From a virus, in the IMG/VR virus record IMGVR_UViG_3300045988_137238, positions 1 to 37,046 of that record: 37,046 bases of DNA; one strand, 5' to 3'. The translations under genes were made by a program, and so were the position numbers. This document shows positions 7,085 to 15,481 of this stretch, in pieces (position 1 is the first letter of the stretch; each line of letters starts with the position of its first letter). The notes beneath the pieces are model-generated. The model had not been told where the DNA came from. It saw only the letters and a program-made list of their open reading frames with translations, and ran no database searches.

Positions 7085-7216
7085 AACGTTCATAGCCCCC
7101 CCACAGGCGCTCAGAAAAGAGCAATGTGCACATTAGCCTTCCGTTACAACGACGACAGTTATAAAAGTTCGCATTATGGGGGCTGGCTGGATTACAAAAA
7201 GTAAGGAGATGACGCA
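7085..7216. other. HNH-terS intergenic region, candidate cos/terminase recognition region
   Basis: 132 nt non-coding. Contains the 12-bp perfect palindrome aatgtgcacatt (7123-7134), and agccccc (7094-7100) complementary to gggggct (7170-7176). The assignment rests on position only. Confidence 0.25.
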
Positions 7217-7744
7217 ATGCCACGTAAAATGAAGGTAACCAGAAGCCCAGACAACAAAGCCTATCAAAATCGGCGCACCGAGATGGTCGAAAAGGCGACT
7301 GAAGACCTGCAACCGTTGCAGACGTCACCACCAAACTACATGAAGGGCACGATTGCGGGCCGAGCCTGGCAGAGAATCACGCCGATTCTGCGTCAAAGCA
7401 CGATTATCAAGAACGCCGATCGCTCAACTGTAGAGGCTCTCTGCTCGGCAATCGCACTGTATCGACTTGGCTTTGATGATGTGCAGGAAAACGGCATTCA
7501 GACGCCAATCTATAAGAGTGTGCAGAACAATCGTGGTGAAATTATCGATCGTGATTTTGTGGGTTTTAAAAAAAATCCCGCTGTATCTACGATGGACGCC
7601 GCAATCAGGCAGATACGCTCGCTATCGTCTGAGCTTGGCTTGACGCCAACCAGCCGGGCATCCCTGCTCTCTCTCACTACTGACAGCGACGATGATGACG
7701 TGCCAAGCCTAGCAGACGTCTTGTCGGGTGGTGATGGCTGGTGA
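7217..7744 (+). CDS. terS: Terminase small subunit, P27 family
   Basis: SD aaggag. ...GRAWQRITPIL...ADRSTVEALCSAIALYR...KKNPAVSTMDAAIRQIRSLSSELGLTPTSRASL matches the P27 TerS pattern. Confidence 0.85.
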   Translation: MPRKMKVTRSPDNKAYQNRRTEMVEKATEDLQPLQTSPPNYMKGTIAGRAWQRITPILRQSTIIKNADRSTVEALCSAIALYRLGFDDVQENGIQTPIYKSVQNNRGEIIDRDFVGFKKNPAVSTMDAAIRQIRSLSSELGLTPTSRASLLSLTTDSDDDDVPSLADVLSGGDGW

Positions 7745-9645
7745 TGCGCAAGTGGGATTTAACCAGAAAAGGCCAGACGGTCGAAAAAGCCTATGAAACC
7801 GAGAAAAACGCTGGCAGTTACAATGAGATCTTTAAAAAGTATCGCGATCCGGCGACCAGATATGCATTTGCCGTGCTTGAAGGTCGGCAGTTAGCCGGTA
7901 AAAAGATCAAGCTTGACGCTTTTCGGCATCTGCAGGACCTAAGACGGCAGACGGAAGACCCCGATTTTAACTATCACTATGATTTGGACAAATGTCGGGC
8001 AATCATCAACTACTCTAAGCTGGTCCCTGACGTTAATGCCGGCAAGCCCTTGCCATTGATGATGTGGGAGCAAAAGATTCTATGTTCAGTCATTGGCTGG
8101 CGTGATGATAATGATCAGCTCCGCTACATGCGGGCGATTTTTTCCGTTGCCCGTACCAACGGTAAGACCTATCTGGCTACGATTTTGATGTCGTTCTACT
8201 TTTTGGTGGAATCAAAAGGCCAGATGAACCACGACTACCTGTACACTGCACCGGTTACAAGCCAATCGCAGAAGGGTTTCCAGTACATGCAGTCGTTTTT
8301 TACCAAGCTTTCAACGTTGCCGGCTTTTAAAAAGCTGTTTAAACAGCAAGAAATTGTTGTCCTGCATGATGTGATCCTGTCACGGAAGCTACACAACCGC
8401 CTGCTGCGGATGTCGTATAAGTCCGGCCAATTTGACTCGCTCCACTGTCAGTTTGCGGTGGGCGATGAAGTCGGGGATGACCATCATATTGGCTCTATTA
8501 TCGAAGGTAACGGCAAGATCACGTCCGGGCAAGGCCAGGAACCTAACCATTGTTTTTTGCAGGTTTCAACGGCTTATCCGGACAGCAACTCACAGTTTTA
8601 CAAGGACCAACAGATGATGGAAGAAGTCATGGAGCGCGACTATGACCGCTCTTTGGACGACAACCTGTGCATGGTCTGGGAACAGGACAGCCTTGATGAA
8701 ACAAATGACCCAGAGACATGGGTCAAGTCCAATCCAATTTTGGATTTGAGCCCCGAAAAGCATGATCAGTTGATGAAATCGCTGCTCTCCGAGCGTGATA
8801 CCAAGATGGCGAACGGCTCTCTGCCGGAATTTCAAAACAAATCGCTCAATATGTGGCTGCAAGTTAAGCAGAATACGTATCTGGACCTTGATGACATCAA
8901 TCGGGCAGCGGTTGATGACGCTCCGATCGACATTGACGGCCGCGAATGCTATGTGGGCTTTGACAAGTCCAATTTCAGCGATGACACGTCGATTGCTTTT
9001 GTTTTCCCGTATCTGGACAACGGTAAGCCGCGCTACTACATCAAGCAGCATAGCTGGGTGCCACTCGCACGGGCCCAGAACAACATCGTTTTGAAGGAAA
9101 AACAGGACGGTATCAACTATCGAGACGCCGAAAAGCATGATTTTTGTGACATTGCCAAAAACGACTATGGCTATATTGATGACGGCGCGGTCTACGACTG
9201 GCTGATGGCCTATGCGGAGGCTCATAAGCTTAAAGTCAAATATTTCTGCTACGACAAGTGGGGCCTTTCCAAGATGATCGGCTGGATTGAGCAAAAAACC
9301 GACTGGAACACGATGCCGGTTAAAAACGTCATCCAAAATCTTAACGAACCGACCGTTGATCTGCGCAAGCAGTTTGACACGGGCACGGTCAAATATGACC
9401 ATGATCCGATCATTACGTACTCGCTTAAAAATGCCGTGCTGTATGGCAACAATAATGGCGTAAAAATCGATAAGGAAAAGGCAACGACTAAGATTGACTT
9501 TGTCGATGCGTTGATTGACGCGTGGTATACGGCAATGTTTCACTTTGACGATATCAGTCTGGAGAAATTAGACGCTAAAAACCCGTTCTCGGGGATGTCA
9601 AATGGCGATATCAACGACTACTTTACCAATGATTTTTCATTCTGA
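7741..9645 (+). CDS. terL: Terminase large subunit (Terminase_1 type)
   Basis: 634 aa and overlaps the terS stop. A Walker-like VARTNGKT is present, with a nuclease half containing VGFDKS...DDTSIAF and IDFVDALIDA. Confidence 0.85.
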   Translation: MMRKWDLTRKGQTVEKAYETEKNAGSYNEIFKKYRDPATRYAFAVLEGRQLAGKKIKLDAFRHLQDLRRQTEDPDFNYHYDLDKCRAIINYSKLVPDVNAGKPLPLMMWEQKILCSVIGWRDDNDQLRYMRAIFSVARTNGKTYLATILMSFYFLVESKGQMNHDYLYTAPVTSQSQKGFQYMQSFFTKLSTLPAFKKLFKQQEIVVLHDVILSRKLHNRLLRMSYKSGQFDSLHCQFAVGDEVGDDHHIGSIIEGNGKITSGQGQEPNHCFLQVSTAYPDSNSQFYKDQQMMEEVMERDYDRSLDDNLCMVWEQDSLDETNDPETWVKSNPILDLSPEKHDQLMKSLLSERDTKMANGSLPEFQNKSLNMWLQVKQNTYLDLDDINRAAVDDAPIDIDGRECYVGFDKSNFSDDTSIAFVFPYLDNGKPRYYIKQHSWVPLARAQNNIVLKEKQDGINYRDAEKHDFCDIAKNDYGYIDDGAVYDWLMAYAEAHKLKVKYFCYDKWGLSKMIGWIEQKTDWNTMPVKNVIQNLNEPTVDLRKQFDTGTVKYDHDPIITYSLKNAVLYGNNNGVKIDKEKATTKIDFVDALIDAWYTAMFHFDDISLEKLDAKNPFSGMSNGDINDYFTNDFSF

Positions 9646-9660
9646 AAGGAGGATAACTGC

Positions 9661-9843
9661 ATGATTAAGACCATTTTTAAGCTGATTCTGGCAGTTGCGG
9701 TCGTAGCGCTGTGGGTTGCAGCACTTTATGCCTTTGTTAAGTTTGGATTTGCCGTTAACGTGGCAGTAGGTTGGCTGACGTTGTCAGTCGCACTCTATCT
9801 GGGGTCACGCGTGACCTCAGCACTGATTGGCGGTGATGATTAG
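9661..9843 (+). CDS. Small membrane protein (60 aa)
   Basis: SD aaaggagg. Two hydrophobic helices (ILAVAVVALWVAALYAFV; VAVGWLTLSVALYLG). Confidence 0.5.
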   Translation: MIKTIFKLILAVAVVALWVAALYAFVKFGFAVNVAVGWLTLSVALYLGSRVTSALIGGDD

Positions 9844-11063
9844 TGTTTAATCCATTTAAAGCGGTGATCAAACGTTCGAGGATGCTTAGCTCGAACGGGT
9901 GGTCACCTTTTTTCTCGGCGTCAAACGGTCAGACTGTGTCAGTTGGGCCAGTCAATGCGAGCGCAGCACTCAACAACTCTGACGTTTTCGCAGTGGTCTA
10001 TCGTATTAGCTCAGACGTAGCAGCGTGCCAGTTTGAGGCACCAATGGTCGACTACATGCTTAACCATCCGATGGGCACGCTCATCAACGGATACAACGTG
10101 TGGCAGTCGGTGGTTGCTCAGATGGCGCTCAACGGCAATGCCTACATGCTGATACACCGCGAAGGTACGGATGGTGTGGTAACTCGGCTTGAGCCGATTC
10201 CAGAAGAGCGCGTGACCGTAACGCTTAACGATGACGGCTCAGACGTTTTCTACACGGTCCATTTTGACGACTCCAACCGCTCTGGCGACTATCAGGTGCC
10301 ATCGGCAAACATGCTGCACTTCCGGCTGTTCGTCAACGGCCAGAGCGAGTCGCAGTACATGGGTGTCAGTCCGCTGATGAGTTTGGCTAAAGAGATTGAC
10401 GTGCAGGACCAATCCAATCGATTGGCTTTGAGCACGCTTAAGCATGCTCTGGCACCGACTAACATCCTGTCAATCCCACAAGGGACGCTTAACGCCGACG
10501 CTAAGGCCAATATTCGTGACGAGTTTGAAAAGGCCAATTCCGGCGAAAATGCCGGCCGAGCAATCGTGCTTGATCAAGGCTTGTCACTGAGCCAATTGAC
10601 GGTTAGCCCCGACATTGCCAAACTGCTTGCCAATACCAATTTTAGCCAGGCGCAAATTGCCAAAGCATTCTGCGTACCGGCTGACTACCTATCAGGTAAG
10701 CAGGACGAGCAGTCAAGTATTGAGCAGGTGCGGAGCCTGTATCAAAACTCGTTGACGCTTTATATCAGGCCAATCGAAGACGAGCTTACCAATAAGCTTG
10801 GCGCACCGGTGCACTTGGACGTCTCAACGGCGGTCGATATCGACCACCAGCAGTTGATCAGCAACATCGTCAGCCTAACCAACAGCAAGAACCCTGTCTT
10901 GTCGGGTGATGATGCACGCCAGATCCTGGTTGATCGTGGCGTACTGCCAAAACAGACGTACCAGACGGCTACGCCAGGAAATCAAGATCTAGGAGGTGAT
11001 ACGAGTGCTAACGACAACGGACGTACGGACGCTGACAACGGACCTGACGACACGGAGCAGTGA
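9843..11063 (+). CDS. Portal protein (HK97 family)
   Basis: 406 aa, positioned after terL. ...YRISSDVAACQFE...WQSVVAQMALNGNAYMLI...FEKANSGENAGRAIVLDQGL... is the typical HK97-type portal core. Confidence 0.8.
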   Translation: MFNPFKAVIKRSRMLSSNGWSPFFSASNGQTVSVGPVNASAALNNSDVFAVVYRISSDVAACQFEAPMVDYMLNHPMGTLINGYNVWQSVVAQMALNGNAYMLIHREGTDGVVTRLEPIPEERVTVTLNDDGSDVFYTVHFDDSNRSGDYQVPSANMLHFRLFVNGQSESQYMGVSPLMSLAKEIDVQDQSNRLALSTLKHALAPTNILSIPQGTLNADAKANIRDEFEKANSGENAGRAIVLDQGLSLSQLTVSPDIAKLLANTNFSQAQIAKAFCVPADYLSGKQDEQSSIEQVRSLYQNSLTLYIRPIEDELTNKLGAPVHLDVSTAVDIDHQQLISNIVSLTNSKNPVLSGDDARQILVDRGVLPKQTYQTATPGNQDLGGDTSANDNGRTDADNGPDDTEQ

Positions 11064-12774
11064 TGACGATGGCATGACGGTCGAAGGATACGCCATGCTG
11101 TACGATCAGCCGTCAGTTCCAATGCCGTTTGTCGAGTATATCGATCGCGGCGCACTGGACAACGTTGATCTGTCAAAGGTCCTGCTGCTGTATGGTCATG
11201 ACCTTAACAGCGTCTTGGCCCGTTCTGATGCGGAGAATCTGCAGTTACGGGCCGATGATAAGGGATTGTGGTTTCAGGCTACACTCCCTGATACGACACT
11301 GGGTCGTGATACGTATACCAACGTGGCTAATGGCAATCTCAAGGGCTGTTCGGTCGGCTTTAAGATTGGCGATGACAAATGGCTTCAGGGCAACGATGGC
11401 AATGTTATCCATCATATCCGGTCGTTCGACCAGCTGATTGAGATCTCAATCACGCCGATTCCGGCCTACACCGAAACCAGTGTGGACGTACAGCGTTCCT
11501 TAGAAGCATTTATGAAGGGAGAGAATGAAGTGGAAATTGACTACGACAAGTTGGCTGATGCGGTAGCTGACAAGCTTGAACAACGATCTACCGAACAAGC
11601 AGACGTTGAAACTACCGATGAAACCGACAAACAAGACGCGGAAACGACGGAAGAACCCGTTGAAGAACCGCAAGAAGATGAAGAAGAACAATCAGCTGAT
11701 GATTCTGCTGATTCTGATGACAAGCCTGCAGAAAAGCCCGCAGAAAAGCCTACAAAAAAGGTTGAAAAGCCTGCAGAAAAGGTTGAAAAGCGGTCTGAAC
11801 CGCATGCAGAAATCGTAACTACGGAAAACGAAGAACTGAAAGAAGGTACTGAAATGCGTGAATTACACGGTGCAAACGAGTCTGTAAAGGACCAATTCGC
11901 ACACTTTCTGAAGACGGGCGAAATTACCCGTGACAACACGTCTGGTGGGATTGGCCTGACCAATGGTCAAGTGCTGATTCCACAAGACATTTTGCCGGCT
12001 GAACACGAACAGCACCAATTCCCACGCCTGGGCAATCTGGTACGGCAAATCGCAGTTAAGCACACGACCGGTAAGTTACCTGTCTTCCAACCAGGCTCTG
12101 GCAAGCTGGCTCTGCACACGGAACTGCAATCCACTGCCAACAGCACGTCGCCAGAAATCAAGGAAATCCTGTGGAACCTGAAGACGTACACGGGACGCTA
12201 TGTATTTACGCGTGAATTGATGGACGACTCCGACTACAACTGGGAAGCTGAACTGCAATCTCGACTGGTCGAACTGCGCGACAACACGGAAGACGATCTG
12301 ATCGTAACTCAACTGACCAACGGCATTACGGCTGTTAAGCCAACCAACCTGATTGACGATTTGAAGTTGATTCTGGACTCCAAGCTGAAGCCATACGACA
12401 GCAACGCATCATCAATCGTGCTGAGTCAATCTGCCTTTGCTCAACTGGACCAAATGAAGGACTCTGAAGGTCGGCCACTGGTACAGCCTAACGTAACGTT
12501 GGGCACTGGCAATGCTATTTTGGGAAAGACGGTAACGGTTGTAGACGACACGCTGTTCCCTAACGCAACGCAAGGCGATGTCAACATCGTAGTTGCACCA
12601 TTACAAACGGCGGTTATCAAGTTCAAGTCTAATGAAATCACCGGCCAATTTGTCGACACCAACGACATCTGGTACGAGGCTTTGGGTATCTACATGCGCG
12701 AAGACGTTGTTCAAGCCAACAAGGACGTCATCAATTGGGTATCCAGCACGACTACTTCTACTTCTAGCAAGTAA
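11005..12774 (+). CDS. Prohead protease (HK97/S78 type) fused in frame to an HK97-family major capsid protein
   Basis: GTG 11005 lies 8 nt after aggagg. The N-terminal part (MTVEGYAMLYDQPS...LLLYGHD...LKGCSVGF...ISITPIPAY) is the protease. An acidic/KPAEK low-complexity linker follows. The remainder (...GQVLIPQDI...LKTYTGRYVFTRELMDDS...) is the capsid protein. No stop or frame change separates them. Confidence 0.75.
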   Translation: MLTTTDVRTLTTDLTTRSSDDDGMTVEGYAMLYDQPSVPMPFVEYIDRGALDNVDLSKVLLLYGHDLNSVLARSDAENLQLRADDKGLWFQATLPDTTLGRDTYTNVANGNLKGCSVGFKIGDDKWLQGNDGNVIHHIRSFDQLIEISITPIPAYTETSVDVQRSLEAFMKGENEVEIDYDKLADAVADKLEQRSTEQADVETTDETDKQDAETTEEPVEEPQEDEEEQSADDSADSDDKPAEKPAEKPTKKVEKPAEKVEKRSEPHAEIVTTENEELKEGTEMRELHGANESVKDQFAHFLKTGEITRDNTSGGIGLTNGQVLIPQDILPAEHEQHQFPRLGNLVRQIAVKHTTGKLPVFQPGSGKLALHTELQSTANSTSPEIKEILWNLKTYTGRYVFTRELMDDSDYNWEAELQSRLVELRDNTEDDLIVTQLTNGITAVKPTNLIDDLKLILDSKLKPYDSNASSIVLSQSAFAQLDQMKDSEGRPLVQPNVTLGTGNAILGKTVTVVDDTLFPNATQGDVNIVVAPLQTAVIKFKSNEITGQFVDTNDIWYEALGIYMREDVVQANKDVINWVSSTTTSTSSK

Positions 12775-12794
12775 GAGTGTGGAGGTGATCAGCA

Positions 12795-13097
12795 ATGATT
12801 GATACGCAGTCAATGCTCGATGAGCTCTGCTTGGACGCAACTGATGAGACAACACAACTGATCACCGACCTGTTAAGCCAGTCTGAAAGCATCATCCGTG
12901 ACTCGGTCGACAAGACTAAGCCTGTAGCCAGCTATGAGCAGGACCCAATTTTTGTTCGAGCCGCTAAAACGCTATGCACTCAGTTGTACTATGATCGTAC
13001 GCTAACCGGAGGAATGTCAATTGGCTTGCAGATGATGATTAATCACTTAAAGGGTGAGGTGGGAGCAGATGGTTACGAACCAAACAGTACCGTATAG
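12795..13097 (+). CDS. Head-tail connector (gp6-like)
   Basis: 100 aa, SD ggaggtga, sits directly after the capsid gene. Typical size and helical N-terminus. Confidence 0.6.
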   Translation: MIDTQSMLDELCLDATDETTQLITDLLSQSESIIRDSVDKTKPVASYEQDPIFVRAAKTLCTQLYYDRTLTGGMSIGLQMMINHLKGEVGADGYEPNSTV

Positions 13098-13437
13098 CTA
13101 TCAGCCGTATCAGATGCGGTATACCGCTGACTTTGGCACTTTTGGAGTTACGGAGAACGGTATGGGCATCCCTATGCCGACTTTTGTCAGCCAGTTTAAG
13201 CTGCACTATGCACGCGTCAGCCAGACAATCAGTCAAAAGTATGAGGCACTTGGCACGGACTTTGAAAACACTCAGATTCTGGCCGTACGCCACGACAAAC
13301 GGCTGACCGACAAGCTTGCCGTGCAAATCGACGGCAAGGTGTACAGCATCGTGGATCTCTCAGTGCGGGACGACACCTATCTGTCATACGACTTGGTCAC
13401 CATCAAGCGCTACAGAGCGGGTGGTCAAGATGGCTGA
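13069..13437 (+). CDS. Head closure / head-tail adaptor protein
   Basis: ~122 aa in the conserved position. ...ILAVRHDKRLTDKLAVQIDGKVYSIVDL... resembles the Phage_H_T_join pattern. The start (13054 or 13069) is uncertain. Confidence 0.55.
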   Translation: MVTNQTVPYSYQPYQMRYTADFGTFGVTENGMGIPMPTFVSQFKLHYARVSQTISQKYEALGTDFENTQILAVRHDKRLTDKLAVQIDGKVYSIVDLSVRDDTYLSYDLVTIKRYRAGGQDG

Positions 13438-13867
13438 TATTGAGATGAGTCAGTTCCTTGAGCAATGGCTTGAGGATGTTAAATCGATCTCGGTTGACTT
13501 AACGCCAAAAGATCAGGCTGAAATCACGAAAGCTGGTGCAAAGGTGATGGCTGAACGGTTGACCGACGTTACCAATGCCAAACACCGCTCCCACCACAAC
13601 GACAAGACGTATGGCCACGCCGCCGACCATATCTCGTATATGGCTAAAGATGTGGACGGCGAAACCAATGGCTCATCTACAGTCGGGTGGGACAACCACT
13701 ATCACGCAATGAACATGATGCGACTGAACGATGGCTACAGAGGACATCCTGGTGACCATTTCGTAACCAATCTGCAGCAGGACAAGGCAACCAGCGAGGC
13801 CGTCTTAAGAGCTGAAAGCGACAAGTACCAGGAGCTGATCAACGACAAGAAAGGGGATGACGACTGA
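13430..13867 (+). CDS. HK97 gp10-like tail/neck component
   Basis: The ATG overlaps the preceding stop (ATGGCTGA). 145 aa, in the conserved position. The 13316 start in the track is an unsupported extension. Confidence 0.5.
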   Translation: MADIEMSQFLEQWLEDVKSISVDLTPKDQAEITKAGAKVMAERLTDVTNAKHRSHHNDKTYGHAADHISYMAKDVDGETNGSSTVGWDNHYHAMNMMRLNDGYRGHPGDHFVTNLQQDKATSEAVLRAESDKYQELINDKKGDDD

Positions 13868-14238
13868 TGCTGGCAACGAAACTGGCTAAAGAGCTGATCC
13901 AGACTGGAGATTATAAGAACGTTGACGCTGTCTACATTGGCGCTATCCCACAGTCAGAGATCACGCGTACCGACCGGACGATCATACTGATCACGGACGT
14001 ACGCACCGACCTGGCACTTGACGGAAACCTGGACTTCCACGCTCTCGACAAAGAGGTAGAGGTCCAGATTTTTTATGCGCTCAATGCTGATGATCCTGAC
14101 GATTTTGAAACGTCACTGATGCATTTGTTCGTGCGCAATGGCTGGACGATGCTTGACAATCACGGTCATACGGTTGACCCCAAGACTTATCAGGTCACAC
14201 AGACCTATTACTTTGACTATTACGAACTCGAAAAATAG
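13867..14238 (+). CDS. Tail terminator / tail completion protein (DUF806-like)
   Basis: 123 aa with start overlapping the previous stop, located immediately before the major tail gene. Confidence 0.5.
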   Translation: MLATKLAKELIQTGDYKNVDAVYIGAIPQSEITRTDRTIILITDVRTDLALDGNLDFHALDKEVEVQIFYALNADDPDDFETSLMHLFVRNGWTMLDNHGHTVDPKTYQVTQTYYFDYYELEK

Positions 14239-14249
14239 GAGGGCAAAAC

Positions 14250-14873
14250 ATGTTACTTCACGGTATCAAGGACGCGTGGGTTTTTCTTAAATCCGCCGAT
14301 GGTAAAAGCTTGCTGGTTAAGACCGACGGGCTGTCTGACAATGGCTTGCTTGAACTGGGCCACGACGTGCTCGGTGTGGCATCCGCTGAAATCAAGGGCT
14401 TGGATGGCTCTAAGCTGGAAAAAATCTCAGGCAACAACGCGCCACAGTACAGCTATGCTGATCCGCTGAACCCGACCGTTGCTTTGACGATCAACAGTCT
14501 TAAGATGATGACCTATGCCAAACTGGTTGGCCTGGAAAAGCAGGGCACTGGTTGGCAGATGGCCGACACTAAGCCGGTCGGCGGCTGTGTCGTTAAGGCA
14601 CCACATATGACAGACGACGGATTCACGTACTTCTGTTTCCCAAGTGGCAACTTCTTAGGTGGTGACAAAAAGCTTGATTCCGATAGCGACTCAAAGAAGA
14701 CGCCGGTAACGGATACGCTAAACTTCGCCGCTATTGATGATCCTAACATCAATGACGTGTATCGTATTTACGATACTGGCGATCCTGACTGGAAAGACGA
14801 AGACACAATGTTTAAGGAAATTCTGCCAGACTACAACAAGACGGCTGCGACTACGACTGGTCCACAAGCCTAA
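14250..14873 (+). CDS. Major tail protein
   Basis: SD aggaggg. 207 aa, followed by the chaperone pair and the TMP. Confidence 0.7.
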   Translation: MLLHGIKDAWVFLKSADGKSLLVKTDGLSDNGLLELGHDVLGVASAEIKGLDGSKLEKISGNNAPQYSYADPLNPTVALTINSLKMMTYAKLVGLEKQGTGWQMADTKPVGGCVVKAPHMTDDGFTYFCFPSGNFLGGDKKLDSDSDSKKTPVTDTLNFAAIDDPNINDVYRIYDTGDPDWKDEDTMFKEILPDYNKTAATTTGPQA

Positions 14874-14939
14874 CAGTTAAAAGATCGCCTACGAAAGTAA
14901 ACAGTACTCTTTGAGGGCGGTCAATAGAGGAGAGATAAA

Positions 14940-15269
14940 ATGAAGCTTTATATCAAACTTTTCAATCGCAGGTTTGACGTTTCCACGTCTAACGGCAACG
15001 TTCGGCGCGTCTATGAAATGCAGCTTAGAATCGCTAAGGTCCAAGCCGAAAAAGACATTTTGAAGCGGGCAGAAAGCGAGCTGGAACTAATTCAGGAACT
15101 GCCAAAGTTTCTCGGAACTATGCTCAAGCTGAACAAACAGCAGCTTAAACAGCTTGACAACATGGACTTTGAGGCAACACAAGACGCAGTTGGATACATT
15201 TGTCAACGCATCTTAGGCCGAACCGATGATCAGATTGCTGATGAGGAAAAAGAAGACCCAAAAAAGTAA
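14940..15269 (+). CDS. Tail assembly chaperone (gpG analogue)
   Basis: 109 aa directly upstream of the TMP. Ends ...EEKEDPKK* on a slippery heptamer. Confidence 0.7.
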   Translation: MKLYIKLFNRRFDVSTSNGNVRRVYEMQLRIAKVQAEKDILKRAESELELIQELPKFLGTMLKLNKQQLKQLDNMDFEATQDAVGYICQRILGRTDDQIADEEKEDPKK

Positions 15270-15481
15270 ACTGGAAAGCTCGCGCGTGGAAGTTGCAAAA
15301 TGCGATTGAGGACTTAGACAACAACGAGCGGGAAATGCTGATACAACTTCACTGGACGATAGATCAGTATGAGAACGCCGACTACTATCGCTTAGGTGAG
15401 GTTATGTCGGCTAAAGCACGTGATGATCGTGCTGTCGACCCGCTCCAGTTTGTAAGAGGAAGGAGAGCGGATAATGGCTAA
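14940..15481 (+). CDS. Tail assembly chaperone frameshift product (gpGT analogue; -1 shift at 15260-15266)
   Basis: The downstream ORF (track 15293..15481) is in the -1 frame relative to 14940..15269 and has no SD of its own. It ends overlapping the TMP start (ATGGCTAA). Confidence 0.65.
15260..15266 (+). promoter_or_regulatory. -1 programmed ribosomal frameshift slippery heptamer A_AAA_AAG
   Basis: cc[a aaa aag] taa in the zero frame. The -1 frame is open from here to 15481. Confidence 0.7.

Noticed and set aside
7123-7134. Link between the palindrome aatgtgcacatt and the attP 19-mers (both contain aatgtgcac)
   Set aside because: The shared string is only about 9 nt and includes a common 6-bp palindrome. 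This is most likely coincidence.
6840-7334. 164-aa minus-strand ORF spanning the HNH 3' end, the intergenic gap and the terS 5' end
   Set aside because: It is antisense to two confident genes and has no translation signals.
8590-9543. 317-aa antisense ORF inside terL, and similar long antisense ORFs in the TMP, Tal and RBP genes
   Set aside because: These are on the opposite strand of well-supported genes, lack SDs, and have skewed low-complexity composition. They are typical shadow ORFs.
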